The translations under genes were made by a program, and so were the position numbers. The notes beneath the pieces were generated by a model, which did not search any database, was not told the DNA's origin, and saw only the letters and a list, made by a program, of their open reading frames with translations. DNA of 64,000 nt from Candidatus Velthaea sp. (GTDB lineage Bacteria; Vulcanimicrobiota; Vulcanimicrobiia; Vulcanimicrobiales; Vulcanimicrobiaceae): positions 128,001 through 192,000 of the forward strand of contig CBDCCS010000016.1 in the NCBI GenBank assembly GCA_965214935.1, written 5' to 3'. Each line of letters starts with the position of its first letter. Positions within the stretch are counted from its first letter, which is position 1. Below, piece by piece: positions 18,785 to 28,748 of the stretch.

Positions 18785-20581
18785 ATGACGACCGTTGCAG
18801 ATTTCATCATCGATCGCTTACATGCTTGGGGAGTGCGCCGTGTTTTCGGCTATTCGGGCGACGGCGTCAACGGTATCATCGGTGCACTCGACCGTGCATC
18901 GGACCGGATCGCTTTCGTTCAAGTACGACACGAAGAGCAAGCCGCGTTCATGGCTTGCGCGCATGCGAAATTTACCGGTGAAATCGGAGTTTGCGTCGCG
19001 ACTAGCGGCCCCGGTGCCATTCACTTGCTCAATGGGCTCTACGACGCGAAAGCCGATCACGTACCGGTTCTCGCGCTCGTCGGGCAATCGGCGACCTTTG
19101 CGCTCGGAACGGAATTTCAGCAAGAAGTCGATCTGCAAACCCTCTTCAAAGACGTTGCGTCCGATTACGATCTCACGATCGTCGATCCGGCGCAGGCCCG
19201 GCACGCGGTCGATCGCGCCGTGCGCAGCGCGCTGAGTCAACGTTCGGTGACGGCGCTGATCGTACCGCGCAACGTGCAGGAGCAGAAAGCCGTACCGGCG
19301 CCGCCGAGAAAACTCGGTGCAACCTTTTCCGGCATCGGTTATCAACGTCCGCGTTCGATACCGCACGAGGCCGATTTATTGCGTGCAGCCGACGTCCTCA
19401 ACGCCGGCAAGCGCGTTGCCATGTTGATCGGCGCCGGAGCCGTGCACGCCGGCGACGCGGTGATCGCGCTTGCGGATCGGCTGCAGGCGGGTTGCGCCAA
19501 AGCGCTGCTCGGGAAAGCGGTGTTACCCGATACGCTGCCATGGGTCACCGGAACGTTGGGCTTACTGGGCACCGAAGCATCATCCGAACTCATGACGCAC
19601 TGCGATACGCTGCTCTTGATCGGTACAAATTTCCCGTACGCAATGTTTCTGCCCAAGGAAGGTCAAGCGCGCGGCGTTGAGATCGAAGCCGACGGACGGC
19701 GCATTGGTAACCGCTATCCGACTGAAGTGAATTTACAAGGCGATGCGGGCGATACGATTGCAGCGCTCCTGCCGTACATCGAAGCAAAAACCGATACGAC
19801 GTGGCGCGAGCGTCTCGTCGCTTCACGCGAACGCTCGGAACGCGTGAACGCTACGCGTGCGAAGATTACCGGCAACAACGGGGTTAATCCGGAAACGATC
19901 TTTACAACCTTGGCCGGCAAGATGCCCGACAACACGATCGTGACAGCCGACGCGGGGACATCAACGAACTTCGCCGCGCGTCACTTACCGATGCGCCAGG
20001 GAATGAAATTCTCGCTCTCGGGCGGCTTAGCCACAATGGGCTCCGCCGTCCCGTATGCCATCGCGGCGAAGTTTGCTTTTCCGGACCGCGTTGCAATCGC
20101 ACTGACCGGTGACGGTGCCATGCAAATGAACGGCTTACTCGAACTCATTACCGTCGCTCGTTACTGGAAAACGTGGAGCGACCCGCGACTTATTTTTATG
20201 GTCAACAATAATCGCGACCTCGCGCAAGTCAGCTGGGAAATGCGTATCGAGAGCGGGGAACCGAAGTTTGCCGGTTCGCAAACGTTGCCCGATGTTCCGT
20301 ACGCACGCTTTGCCGAATTACTCGGTTTCATCGGCGTGCGCGTCGAGCGCGCTGACGAGTTACCGGCGGCGTGGGACACCGTCCTACATGCGGACCGGCC
20401 GGCCGTGCTCGAAGTAGTCAGCGACGCAAACGTGCCGTTTCTTCCGGCGCACATCACCGTCGAACAGGCGAAGGCGTTTAGCAGTGCCCTTGCAGCCGGC
20501 GATCCGGATGAAGGGCCGGTGCTCGTGCAGTCGGCTAAAGCCGTGCTCGCTGCGGTGTTTCCGACTGCAAGGCCGGATTAG
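18785..20581 (+). CDS. Thiamine pyrophosphate-dependent pyruvate oxidase/dehydrogenase-like protein
   Basis: VRHEEQAAFMA, TSGPGAIHLLNGLYDA, GDGAMQMNG...NN TPP motif. Confidence 0.9.
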   Translation: MTTVADFIIDRLHAWGVRRVFGYSGDGVNGIIGALDRASDRIAFVQVRHEEQAAFMACAHAKFTGEIGVCVATSGPGAIHLLNGLYDAKADHVPVLALVGQSATFALGTEFQQEVDLQTLFKDVASDYDLTIVDPAQARHAVDRAVRSALSQRSVTALIVPRNVQEQKAVPAPPRKLGATFSGIGYQRPRSIPHEADLLRAADVLNAGKRVAMLIGAGAVHAGDAVIALADRLQAGCAKALLGKAVLPDTLPWVTGTLGLLGTEASSELMTHCDTLLLIGTNFPYAMFLPKEGQARGVEIEADGRRIGNRYPTEVNLQGDAGDTIAALLPYIEAKTDTTWRERLVASRERSERVNATRAKITGNNGVNPETIFTTLAGKMPDNTIVTADAGTSTNFAARHLPMRQGMKFSLSGGLATMGSAVPYAIAAKFAFPDRVAIALTGDGAMQMNGLLELITVARYWKTWSDPRLIFMVNNNRDLAQVSWEMRIESGEPKFAGSQTLPDVPYARFAELLGFIGVRVERADELPAAWDTVLHADRPAVLEVVSDANVPFLPAHITVEQAKAFSSALAAGDPDEGPVLVQSAKAVLAAVFPTARPD

Positions 20582-20599
20582 CGTAGCGCGCCTGCAGCG

Positions 20600-21454
20600 C
20601 TACGTCGCGTTCGCTTTGCGCTGTTGTGGACCGGTGTCGCCCGCGACTTGACCGAAGTTCAGCAACGCCACGAAAGCAACACCGCCGATCGAATTGCCGG
20701 CGAGCACCGGCAAAAAGTAGCCGAGGATCGCGGCTCGCAACGGCAACATGCCGGTCTCGACGGCATACAGCGCTTCAACCGAACCCGCGATGACGTGCGT
20801 CAGCTGTCCCGCTGCCACGATGTACGTAACGAGCAAGACGATGAACATCGCAGCGGATTCCGCGGCCGGAAGCAACCACACCATGAGGGCGATGAGCCAG
20901 CCGGCGAAAATCGCTCGGATAAAGTTGGGAAATGCCGTGCCCGACGTCGCATGCCCGGACACTTCGCCGAACGCGCGATGAATCTCGGGCGTAAACACGT
21001 CGAGGTGCGAAAGTAGCGTTGCAAATGCAAGTGCGCCGACGACATTGCCGGCGAGAACGATCGCCCATAAGCGCGCAACGCGCCAAAACATCGCTGCCTC
21101 AAAGCGATGCAGTAACACGAGAACCGGCGTCAGCGTATTTTCGGTAAAGAGTTGCTGACGGCCCAACACGACGACAAGAAAGCCGACGGTGTACCCAAAA
21201 CTTGCCACCAACGGCCGCCACGGCGAATCGGGCAAGTACGCGACGAATATTGCCATGGCGAAGAGTGAGAAACCCATCGATAGACCGGCCGAAACGGCCG
21301 AGAACGCAAGCGCCGTAACCGTACGCTCGAGTTCGCCTTGGCCTTCGCGACGGATCGTCTCGAAGACGATGGCCGCGCGCGGTAACGCGCGCTCTTCCGC
21401 CTCTTTGACCTCTTCTTCGCTGAGTTCAACGGGGTTCGCCGATGCGGTCGCCAT
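20600..21454 (-). CDS. Formate/nitrite transporter family protein (YfdC-like)
   Basis: AGLSMGFS, QLFTENTL, AGWLIALMVW, HVIAGS, GNSIGG. Confidence 0.9.
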   Translation of the reverse strand: MATASANPVELSEEEVKEAEERALPRAAIVFETIRREGQGELERTVTALAFSAVSAGLSMGFSLFAMAIFVAYLPDSPWRPLVASFGYTVGFLVVVLGRQQLFTENTLTPVLVLLHRFEAAMFWRVARLWAIVLAGNVVGALAFATLLSHLDVFTPEIHRAFGEVSGHATSGTAFPNFIRAIFAGWLIALMVWLLPAAESAAMFIVLLVTYIVAAGQLTHVIAGSVEALYAVETGMLPLRAAILGYFLPVLAGNSIGGVAFVALLNFGQVAGDTGPQQRKANAT

Positions 21455-22599
21455 TAGCCGCTACCATACCGCCGGCCGCGCCATTCCACACCTCGACCGC
21501 TCAGCACGGCGATTGTCGAATTGACCGTTATTGCAGCAAGCACGGCGGTCCCGAACGGTTGAAACCATCCGTAGCGCCGGTCGATTCCGACGCTCGCCAT
21601 CGCCCAACCGCCGGTCGCAATGAGTGCAGCGGTGGTTGCAAGTGCTTCGAGCGCTTCGAGCGGCCGGCGGTGCAACGCTGCATTGACGGCAAGGACCAAC
21701 GGCATAACGGAGACCGTCGCGAGGAACATCACGCCGCCACCGAGCGCCCACAGATTGCCACGCGGACCGTAGTAGATGTTCTTTGTAAAGCCGCTCCAGA
21801 TTTCGCTTAGCGAATGATACATCCGCACTCGCGCGAGATCTTCGCCGGCGGCAAAAATCAGCCGGTATCGCCCATCGCGCTTGAAGCGCCGCGCTAATTC
21901 GACATCCTCGACAATCTCGCTGCGCACGGCGGCATGCCCGCCGAGCGCATCATACGCGGCGCGCGAAACGAAGATATATTGACCGTTTGCCAATGCACGA
22001 TCGACTTGCGCCGAGTCGTTGAGTTGCGCGAAGTTCCCTTGAGCGAAAAAGACGAGTCCGAGAATCGACGGCAAGATCGCGCGCTCGGCCCAAGTTTCGA
22101 GGTCTTGACGGGTGATCGTCGAGATCGCATCGGCACGTTGCGCGCGCGCAAACGCGAGCGACGACGTCACCGAGAATGGTGCATGCGTACTGTCCGCATC
22201 GGTAAAGAGCAGCCACTCGCCGCGAGCGACCGCCGCGCCTTGATGCACCGCCCACGGCTTGCCGATCCACCCGGCGGGCAGCGGCTGACCGGCAACAATG
22301 CGGAGCCGCGTATCTTCGCGCGCCAAACGTTCAAGGATTTGCCCCGTACGGTCGGTCGAGTCGTCGTCGACGACGATGACTTCATAGTCGCGCGCGGTCT
22401 GCCCGAGCAGCGAACGCACGCAGCGTTCGATCGAACGCTCCTCGTTACGTGCCGGAACGATGACCGATATCGGAGGCGCATCGTCGACGGTCTCCACAAT
22501 CGGTATGCGTAGCCACGCTGGAGCGAAGCGGGCCGCGCGCCAAGCATAATAGAGCGCGATGCTAGCAACGCCATGCGTTGCCATCGTTGCCGCCTTCAT
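21454..22599 (-). CDS. Glycosyltransferase family 2 (HpnB/CruC-like lipid or carotenoid glycosyltransferase)
   Basis: VPARNEE, DDDSTD, GWIGKPWA, FTDAD, ANGQ, EDVELAR, C-terminal TMs and WRGR. Confidence 0.85.
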   Translation of the reverse strand: MKAATMATHGVASIALYYAWRAARFAPAWLRIPIVETVDDAPPISVIVPARNEERSIERCVRSLLGQTARDYEVIVVDDDSTDRTGQILERLAREDTRLRIVAGQPLPAGWIGKPWAVHQGAAVARGEWLLFTDADSTHAPFSVTSSLAFARAQRADAISTITRQDLETWAERAILPSILGLVFFAQGNFAQLNDSAQVDRALANGQYIFVSRAAYDALGGHAAVRSEIVEDVELARRFKRDGRYRLIFAAGEDLARVRMYHSLSEIWSGFTKNIYYGPRGNLWALGGGVMFLATVSVMPLVLAVNAALHRRPLEALEALATTAALIATGGWAMASVGIDRRYGWFQPFGTAVLAAITVNSTIAVLSGRGVEWRGRRYGSG

Positions 22600-22605
22600 C
22601 GGTAA

Positions 22606-23694
22606 TTAAACGGCTTTCGCGCGCGGTTGCGTCTCGGCGCGTAGCTGTCCGCAAGCGGCGGCGATATCGCGGCCCATCGGCGTGCGAATCGTGCACGGAA
22701 CACCCTTGGCTTCGAGAATGGCGGCAAACGCGCGAATGCGCTCGTCGGCCGTTGCGCCGAGTTGCCCGTCCGGCGTGCTGTTATACGGGATGATGTTGAC
22801 ATGGTACAGCGGTCCACGCATGAGTCTGGCCAACGCCTGGGCGTCTTGCGGCCGGTCGTTCAGGCCGTCGAGCATGACATACTCAAAGAATATCTTGCGA
22901 TTGGTTTTGGCGATATAACGGCGGCACGCCGCCATCAAGTCTTCGATGCTCCACTTGCGGTTCACCGGCATGATCGACGAGCGCACGTCATCGCTCGCAG
23001 CATGCAGTGAAATCGCCAAATTCACTTGGATGCCTTCGTCGGCAAACGCATCGATCTGCGGAACGACGCCGACGGTCGAGATCGTGATGTGGCGATGTCC
23101 GAGGCCCAACCCGTGCGGATCGTTGAGCAGACGCACCGCATCCATCACGGCATCGTAATTATGAAACGGCTCGCCCATACCCATGAACACGACGTTGGTG
23201 ATCTTCCGGCCTTGCGCAAGCAGCAAACGTGCGAAATAGCGCGCCTGGTCGAAAATCTCCGTCGGCGTCAGATGGCGCGTAAACCCGGCCTGGCCGGTCG
23301 AACAAAACGCGCAAGCATAAGCACAACCCGACTGGCTCGAAATGCAAACCGTGTTGCGCTCGCCGTGGTGTTGCATGAGAACGGCTTCGACTTCGTTGCC
23401 GTCCGCTAAGCGGAAAAGACCTTTGATTGTCTGCCCGTCTTGCGAATGCTGAACCACGACCGGAGTCACGCTATCGTACGAAAAGCCACGAGCGCCCAAG
23501 GCGGCGCGGAGCTCTTTCGGCAACGTGGTTACGTCGTCGAGTTGTCCGGCAAGCTCTTTGGCCGCGGCACGATAGATTTGCGTCAGCCGATAATTTTTCA
23601 GGCCATGCTCGGCGGCGAGCGCCTCACCGTCGGCATAGCCGGCGCGACGAGCGGCATCATCAATCCAAATTTCCTGTGCGGTCCGAACAGCCAT
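22606..23694 (-). CDS. rlmN: Dual-specificity RNA methyltransferase RlmN
   Basis: CISSQSGCAYACAFC, MGMGEP, ISLHA, IAAACGQL. Confidence 0.95.
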   Translation of the reverse strand: MAVRTAQEIWIDDAARRAGYADGEALAAEHGLKNYRLTQIYRAAAKELAGQLDDVTTLPKELRAALGARGFSYDSVTPVVVQHSQDGQTIKGLFRLADGNEVEAVLMQHHGERNTVCISSQSGCAYACAFCSTGQAGFTRHLTPTEIFDQARYFARLLLAQGRKITNVVFMGMGEPFHNYDAVMDAVRLLNDPHGLGLGHRHITISTVGVVPQIDAFADEGIQVNLAISLHAASDDVRSSIMPVNRKWSIEDLMAACRRYIAKTNRKIFFEYVMLDGLNDRPQDAQALARLMRGPLYHVNIIPYNSTPDGQLGATADERIRAFAAILEAKGVPCTIRTPMGRDIAAACGQLRAETQPRAKAV

Positions 23695-24369
23695 AGCATC
23701 TGAGTATACCATGCTTTATCAGGCGTCAGGCCGCATCGAGCCGTTGCCAGACCCGAAACCACCGTCGTCGATCGAGCCACGAGAACAGCTCGAAATAATT
23801 CCTTGCGCTCATACCTCCGGTTTTGCCGAGCCGCTCGACGACGCCATCGGCGGCACTATGGAAATACTACCGTTTGGACGGGACAGCCGCTCTGATAGAT
23901 TTCGTAAGGTCGCAAAGGCCCCGCCACAACGGCGGGCGCTTTACAGAGTGTTTGCGATCGTTAATCACTTATTGTGTATTGTGCCGTATTGGTGTTGCGA
24001 CCGAACGTACGGACCGGAAAGCTCGAGGTTTGACGGCGCGCGAGGTTACGCTCGGATCATCCTCGTTTTCCTGGGCCGTTGCAAGCCCGGCTGCGAAAGC
24101 TGTTCGGCGTTTGTTCGTATCGTTTATAGAATGCCTTCGCTAGGTGCCCCGCGCTCGAGCCGCATGCCGTGGCGACGTCGGCCACAGATCGATCCAATTC
24201 GCGCAACAGCACCGCTGCTTTTTCGAGACGCAACTCCGTTCAGCGACGGTGCGGCGAGGTTCCGACGGAACGCTTGAGAGCGCGTATGAGCTGAAAGCGG
24301 CTGAGGCCCGCTTCGGCAGCGAGTGTCTCGAGCGAGATCTGCTGACTGCTATTGACACGCATGAATGCG

Positions 24370-24753
24370 AGGAGCCGTTCGGGCCGCGCACCACCTTCGA
24401 TCACCTGCTTCTTCTAGGCCGCTTCATGCAATGGCGGCACGCTCTCGGTCGAGGTCGCCGGAGGGCGTCCGCCCGAAACGCCGTTTTTGCTGGAAGTGGT
24501 CGGCGAATCGGGCACGCTGCGGATTGAGGGCGGCGCTGCGCGCGGCTTTCAGTCCGGTCGTTTAAGCATGTCGTTGAACGCCGCAGCCAATGTAGCCGGC
24601 ATCTATTCGGCGTTGAGCAACGACATTGCGCATGGCACTTCGACCGTCGTCGGCTTTCGACACGCCGGGAAGCTGACGCAAGTTATCACTGATGTACTTA
24701 CTTCCTCGAGTGCCGGCAGTCAATTGCAAGCGGCCAATTGGCCCGAACGATGA
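24370..24753 (+). pseudogene. C-terminal remnant of a Gfo/Idh/MocA-family oxidoreductase
   Basis: PRTTFDHLLLLGR in one frame shifts near 24420-24430 to NGGTLSVEVAGGRPPETPFLLEVVGESGTLRIEGGAARGFQSGRL...AANVAGIYSAL..DI...WPER. No Rossmann N-terminus is present upstream. Confidence 0.65.
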
Positions 24754-25142
24754 TTGCGCTCGTTCGCCAGTCGGAAGCCGCAAAGCTGATTGTGACGGCC
24801 CTGCTTCGTTGCGTAGCGGCAGTTCAACAAATATCGGCCCAGCCGCGGTCGAAAGCACGCACGAGAGTTTCTTGAACTTGCCGAGAGCGTCACTTTACCG
24901 TCAGGTGTATGAACAGCGCTTACGTTTACATCAATGCCAGCGAGCGGCACGTTAGGCTTGGACCTGACTCGCGTCACGTAATAACGGACTTCATAAACAA
25001 GCTCTGCCGTCCCTCAGACAAACCGCTTACGGACAATGTAATTCAAACATTCGCTTATGTTATTTATTGAAACAACATCGTTTGCTAGATACATCGCGGC
25101 TGGATGCTTGCTGCGGTTCGTGACGATTAGGCTCGGAGTCGA

Positions 25143-25721
25143 TTAGCCGAGCGTCGCGGTTACTTTGCGAAGGTTGTTCAAGGCAGCCAGCGCGTGGTGT
25201 GCGAGTCCCGTCGGATCATCACGGTCGGCTTCGGACCACTGCGCGTAACCCCGCTTGAAGGCGAGGACCCCTATCTCGGCTGCAAGGTGCGCGGCCGGAT
25301 CGGGGACGCCGCGGGCAACAAGCGCGGCTGTCATGGCGACCGCGAGGCCGATGCTCTTGAGGGCGTCCCGCTCCTGAAGCTCGGTGCTGGCCGCCACAGC
25401 TGCCTTGAGACGCGGCCCTAGGTCACGATTCACGGGACCCATTATGCTCGACGCGCGCTCGAGACCAGCGGCAACTGCCTCAAGTGGACTGGCACTCGCC
25501 GGCGCTTCTGCGATGCCTTCGACGAGGAGTTGGCTTAGCGTCGCCTGCCCTGCTACGAGGACCTCACGCTTATCGGAAAAGTGCCGGAAGAAGGTGCTCC
25601 TGGTTGCTCCAGCGCGCGCAGCGATCTGCGTTACGGTGGTAGCGTCGTAGCCTTGCTCGATGAAAAGATCCACCGCGGCGACGACGAGCCGCTCGCGCGC
25701 CCCGGGTTCCCATCGAGCCAT
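25143..25721 (-). CDS. TetR/AcrR family transcriptional regulator
   Basis: MARWEPGARERL, QGYDATTV, TFFRHFSDKREVL HTH. Confidence 0.93.
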   Translation of the reverse strand: MARWEPGARERLVVAAVDLFIEQGYDATTVTQIAARAGATRSTFFRHFSDKREVLVAGQATLSQLLVEGIAEAPASASPLEAVAAGLERASSIMGPVNRDLGPRLKAAVAASTELQERDALKSIGLAVAMTAALVARGVPDPAAHLAAEIGVLAFKRGYAQWSEADRDDPTGLAHHALAALNNLRKVTATLG

Positions 25722-25756
25722 ACCGCCACTTTACCACAGTGACGTGCCCATCAATG

Positions 25757-25851
25757 CTGACGGGACGTCGATCCCGTCACCGCAAAAGGTGACGAGACAC
25801 TTGTATCATCACTTGCCTCGTGTTATTGTGACGGGACAATTGTTCCGTCAC
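25757..25851. promoter_or_regulatory. Three 24-bp palindromic TetR operator candidates
   Basis: CTGACGGGACGTCGATCCCGTCAC (25757-25780), GTGACGAGACACTTGTATCATCAC (25789-25812), GTGACGGGACAATTGTTCCGTCAC (25828-25851), in the divergent tetR/SDR intergenic region. Confidence 0.8.
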
Positions 25852-25865
25852 TCTAGAAAGCTTTC

Positions 25866-26795
25866 ATGCATGTTTTTGTTACCGGCGGTACCGGTACGAT
25901 CGGCTGCCCAGTCGTCGCTGAACTCCTTGCTAACGGCCACACCGTCCTTGCGCTAGCCCGCTCTGAGTTATCCGCGCGCGCGCTCGAAGAGGCCGGTGCA
26001 CAGACGCTGCGAGGCGACCTTGCCGATCTCGACGCCTTACGCGCCGGTGTGGCGCAATCAGATGGCGTCATTAGCTTAGCCTTCAGTCCGAACTACAGTA
26101 GCGCGGATGGGCTTGCGCTTGCCGTTACGGAGGAGAGCACCGCTTTGGCAGTCTTGGGTAACGCGCTGGCCGACAGCGACCGTCCAATCGTCACGGTCTC
26201 GGGAACGCCTTGGATACCCGGCCGCCCCTCCACTGAAAGCGATCCGTTGGCGACCGATGGACCTGTCGGCGGTCGTGCCCGCTCCGTGAATGCGCTTCTA
26301 GCGTTGGCCTCGCGAGGTGTTCGCCCGATCGCAGTCCGGATGCCGCGCACCGTCCACAATGAGGGGAAAGGCGGATTTGCCGGCATTTTGACCGATGTCG
26401 CACGTCAGTCAAAAGTGGCGGGGTACCCAGGTGATGGAAATCAGCGCTGGCCGGCCGTCCACGCTCTCGACGCAGCGGTCCTTTTCCGGCTCGCCCTTGA
26501 ATCGGCACCGGGCGGAACAGCCTGGCACGCTGTTGCCGATGAAGGCGACGCTGTACGCGACATCGCAGCAGTCGTCGGCCGGCGGCTGGGGTTGCCGGTC
26601 AAGGCCGTACCCCAGGAAGCATTCGGCCCGTTTGGCGGGATCTTCGCAATGGATCAGCCCGCGTCCAGTGCTCACACCCGTGATGCCCTTAAATGGCAGC
26701 CGAAACATCCTAGCCTCTTAAGCGACCTGGAGAATCTTCGACCCGGAAGACCGGCAACCAAACCGCGTTACAACGGTGCATTTTCTAAGCCCTAA
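25866..26795 (+). CDS. SDR-family NAD(P)-dependent oxidoreductase/epimerase
   Basis: VFVTGGTGTIG, LARS, GDGNQRWPAVH, LKWQP. Confidence 0.9.
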   Translation: MHVFVTGGTGTIGCPVVAELLANGHTVLALARSELSARALEEAGAQTLRGDLADLDALRAGVAQSDGVISLAFSPNYSSADGLALAVTEESTALAVLGNALADSDRPIVTVSGTPWIPGRPSTESDPLATDGPVGGRARSVNALLALASRGVRPIAVRMPRTVHNEGKGGFAGILTDVARQSKVAGYPGDGNQRWPAVHALDAAVLFRLALESAPGGTAWHAVADEGDAVRDIAAVVGRRLGLPVKAVPQEAFGPFGGIFAMDQPASSAHTRDALKWQPKHPSLLSDLENLRPGRPATKPRYNGAFSKP

Positions 26796-26820
26796 ATTCG
26801 GCAACCAAACTTCCGCTTTT

Positions 26821-27480
26821 TCAAGACACCGCGCGCGGAACAGTCGCCGTCGACGCGGACGGCGATGTCGCGACGTCAGCCGCTTGTGCTCGGTATTCCG
26901 CCATCGGGCCTTCGACGCCAAGGAGTTCCCGAAAGGAAATCGAGATCTCCTCGAGCGACCGCGCCGCATCGCTACGCATCACTTTGATGACGTCATGCAA
27001 ATCGATGGCCGGCGGAATGTCGAGCGCTGCTTTCGCAAGAACTTTTTGTAGCGAAGAGACGGAGCTTCTCAAATCGTCAACTTGGTCACTAACAGCCTTC
27101 GGGAACCATATGCGATTCGCTAAGTAGTAGGTAATAAAAGCGTGCACGGCCTCGCTAAAAGATGCGACCGACTCATTTGAGACGGTCTTTTCGACGGCAA
27201 GGTAATTTAGTAGCGCCTCAACGTTTACGATTTTGATATAGAGATCTTTGATTGCTTGTAGGCGCTCGGTTTGCAGCGCGGAAAACATTGTGTGGAGCCG
27301 GTCGGTTTGCCACTGCAGTGAAGCCTTGAGCGGTTCGACTTTCGCGTTGACCGCGTCGAGTAACTGCGCTTTATCGCGTTCGAGACGCGCATCGAAATAA
27401 TATTTTGCGATCAGCTGCACCGTTGCGGAAACAACGGCCGACGATACCAGTGATGTCCACATCGTCGTTACGTCGGACAT
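26821..27480 (-). CDS. Hypothetical protein with N-terminal TM and helical/coiled-coil body
   Basis: 219 aa, N-terminal hydrophobic helix, TAATG overlap with the HEPN gene. Confidence 0.7.
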   Translation of the reverse strand: MSDVTTMWTSLVSSAVVSATVQLIAKYYFDARLERDKAQLLDAVNAKVEPLKASLQWQTDRLHTMFSALQTERLQAIKDLYIKIVNVEALLNYLAVEKTVSNESVASFSEAVHAFITYYLANRIWFPKAVSDQVDDLRSSVSSLQKVLAKAALDIPPAIDLHDVIKVMRSDAARSLEEISISFRELLGVEGPMAEYRAQAADVATSPSASTATVPRAVS

Positions 27481-27887
27481 TACGGCGATGTCCCGTCTAC
27501 AATGCCGGGCGCCGGGAAATCGAAACGCGCGGCGCAGTAAGCAATGAGCGCCTGCGCGTCGCGCCGCGCACCAAGCGCGTCTTCAACGCTCGGGCTGTCG
27601 ACCGGATCGTAATCTTCGGCGGTTTTGAGGTCAAAAGCACGATTGAAGGCTGCTCCATGCAAGCTGCCGTCGGGCGCGACGGCGGCGCCGAATGCCGCAA
27701 TGATCGCCGTTTCAGCCGGCGGCGCCGTCTTGCCCAACACGAGCAACACCGCGATCGCCGCATTGCGCATCGCGCCGAAGCTCGAAACGATAACCGGCCC
27801 TGGCGAACTCTGCACGTTTACCTGCGTAGCATCGTCGAGTTTGCGCAGCGCCTTCTGCCACACCACAAGTGCTTCCGGACTGCTCAC
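27480..27887 (-). CDS. HEPN-domain protein (UPF0332-like), degenerate motifs
   Basis: Helical pattern KALRKLDDA...AMRNAAIAVL...IIAAF...FNRAFDLKTAEDY...EDA...AQALI. Coupled to an MNT gene by a TAGTG overlap. Confidence 0.7.
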   Translation of the reverse strand: MSSPEALVVWQKALRKLDDATQVNVQSSPGPVIVSSFGAMRNAAIAVLLVLGKTAPPAETAIIAAFGAAVAPDGSLHGAAFNRAFDLKTAEDYDPVDSPSVEDALGARRDAQALIAYCAARFDFPAPGIVDGTSP

Positions 27888-28198
27888 TACAGCGCGCGAC
27901 CGACGGCGCGGATATGACCCAAAAATTGCGAACGTTCCGCTCGTCGACGCGCGCGCAGCACGACTGGCCTGAAATCGTAACCACGTAACACAAAGGGGTA
28001 CGCGATATCCGATACGACGCGGCGCAAGCGCGTTAAGTCGGCGTCATCACGCACGAAAACGGCGATGTCAAAATCAGAATCTGGCCGATGTGCGCCCGTT
28101 GCGCGCGAACCGAAGAGCAAAACTGCCGAGAGTTCGTCGAGCAGCGCTCTCCGCAAAGCGGCGACGTAAGCTTGCAGCACTTCGGTCTCCAGGACCAT
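27887..28198 (-). CDS. Minimal nucleotidyltransferase (MNT)
   Basis: VLLFGSRATGAHRPDSDFDIAV (GS-X10-DxD). 103 aa from MVLETE. Confidence 0.88.
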   Translation of the reverse strand: MVLETEVLQAYVAALRRALLDELSAVLLFGSRATGAHRPDSDFDIAVFVRDDADLTRLRRVVSDIAYPFVLRGYDFRPVVLRARRRAERSQFLGHIRAVGRAL

Positions 28199-28748
28199 CG
28201 CACGATGTTCGCGCCGCCTCTGCGCGTCCCCCGTCCGCTCGAGCGCGCTGCGACCAATGCGTATCTGACCAGCGGCCGACCGCTTAGCATGAAGCTCGGC
28301 ATGAATTCTGGCCCTCCGTACGTACCTGCTTGTCGCATGCACGCGCGCGATGGAAACCGACAGTGCACCGGCAAGTCAGGGCTGACTGGCGCTCATGTCG
28401 CCGTATTGATCGCCGATTACATGCTCGTAATCGTCAAATGTCGCGGTGTTGGTAACGCGTTCCGATTCTGTGGGGCGTCAATCAGCTAACCGTCACGCAA
28501 CGCGAACGCGTTCTAAAGCTTTTGAGAACCGGAATGACTTTGCGTTCGATCGAGCGGCTCACTGGTCACCGCCGCGAAACGATCTCGCGCTAATGCCCGT
28601 AACGAGGGCATCGAAATCCGTTTCAGACACCCAGCGAAGGTAGATCTCGCTTTGCGTGCGCGGAAAACGCCATCGCAATCACTGATGCGGAGAGCTTATG
28701 GCGTGTTGGTTCAAAACTTCTCGAAGCGCATTTGCTCGAAACGTCCTG

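Noticed and set aside
23711..24277. 188-aa and 106-aa ORFs, with a possible LysR C-terminal remnant near 24060-24143 (SPAAKAVRRLFVSFIE)
   Set aside because: Similarity too weak to call by eye. BLASTX would be needed.
28199..28700. N-terminal extension of the MNT ORF and short ORFs upstream
   Set aside because: MNTs are about 100 aa. The extension and fragments have no recognisable motifs.
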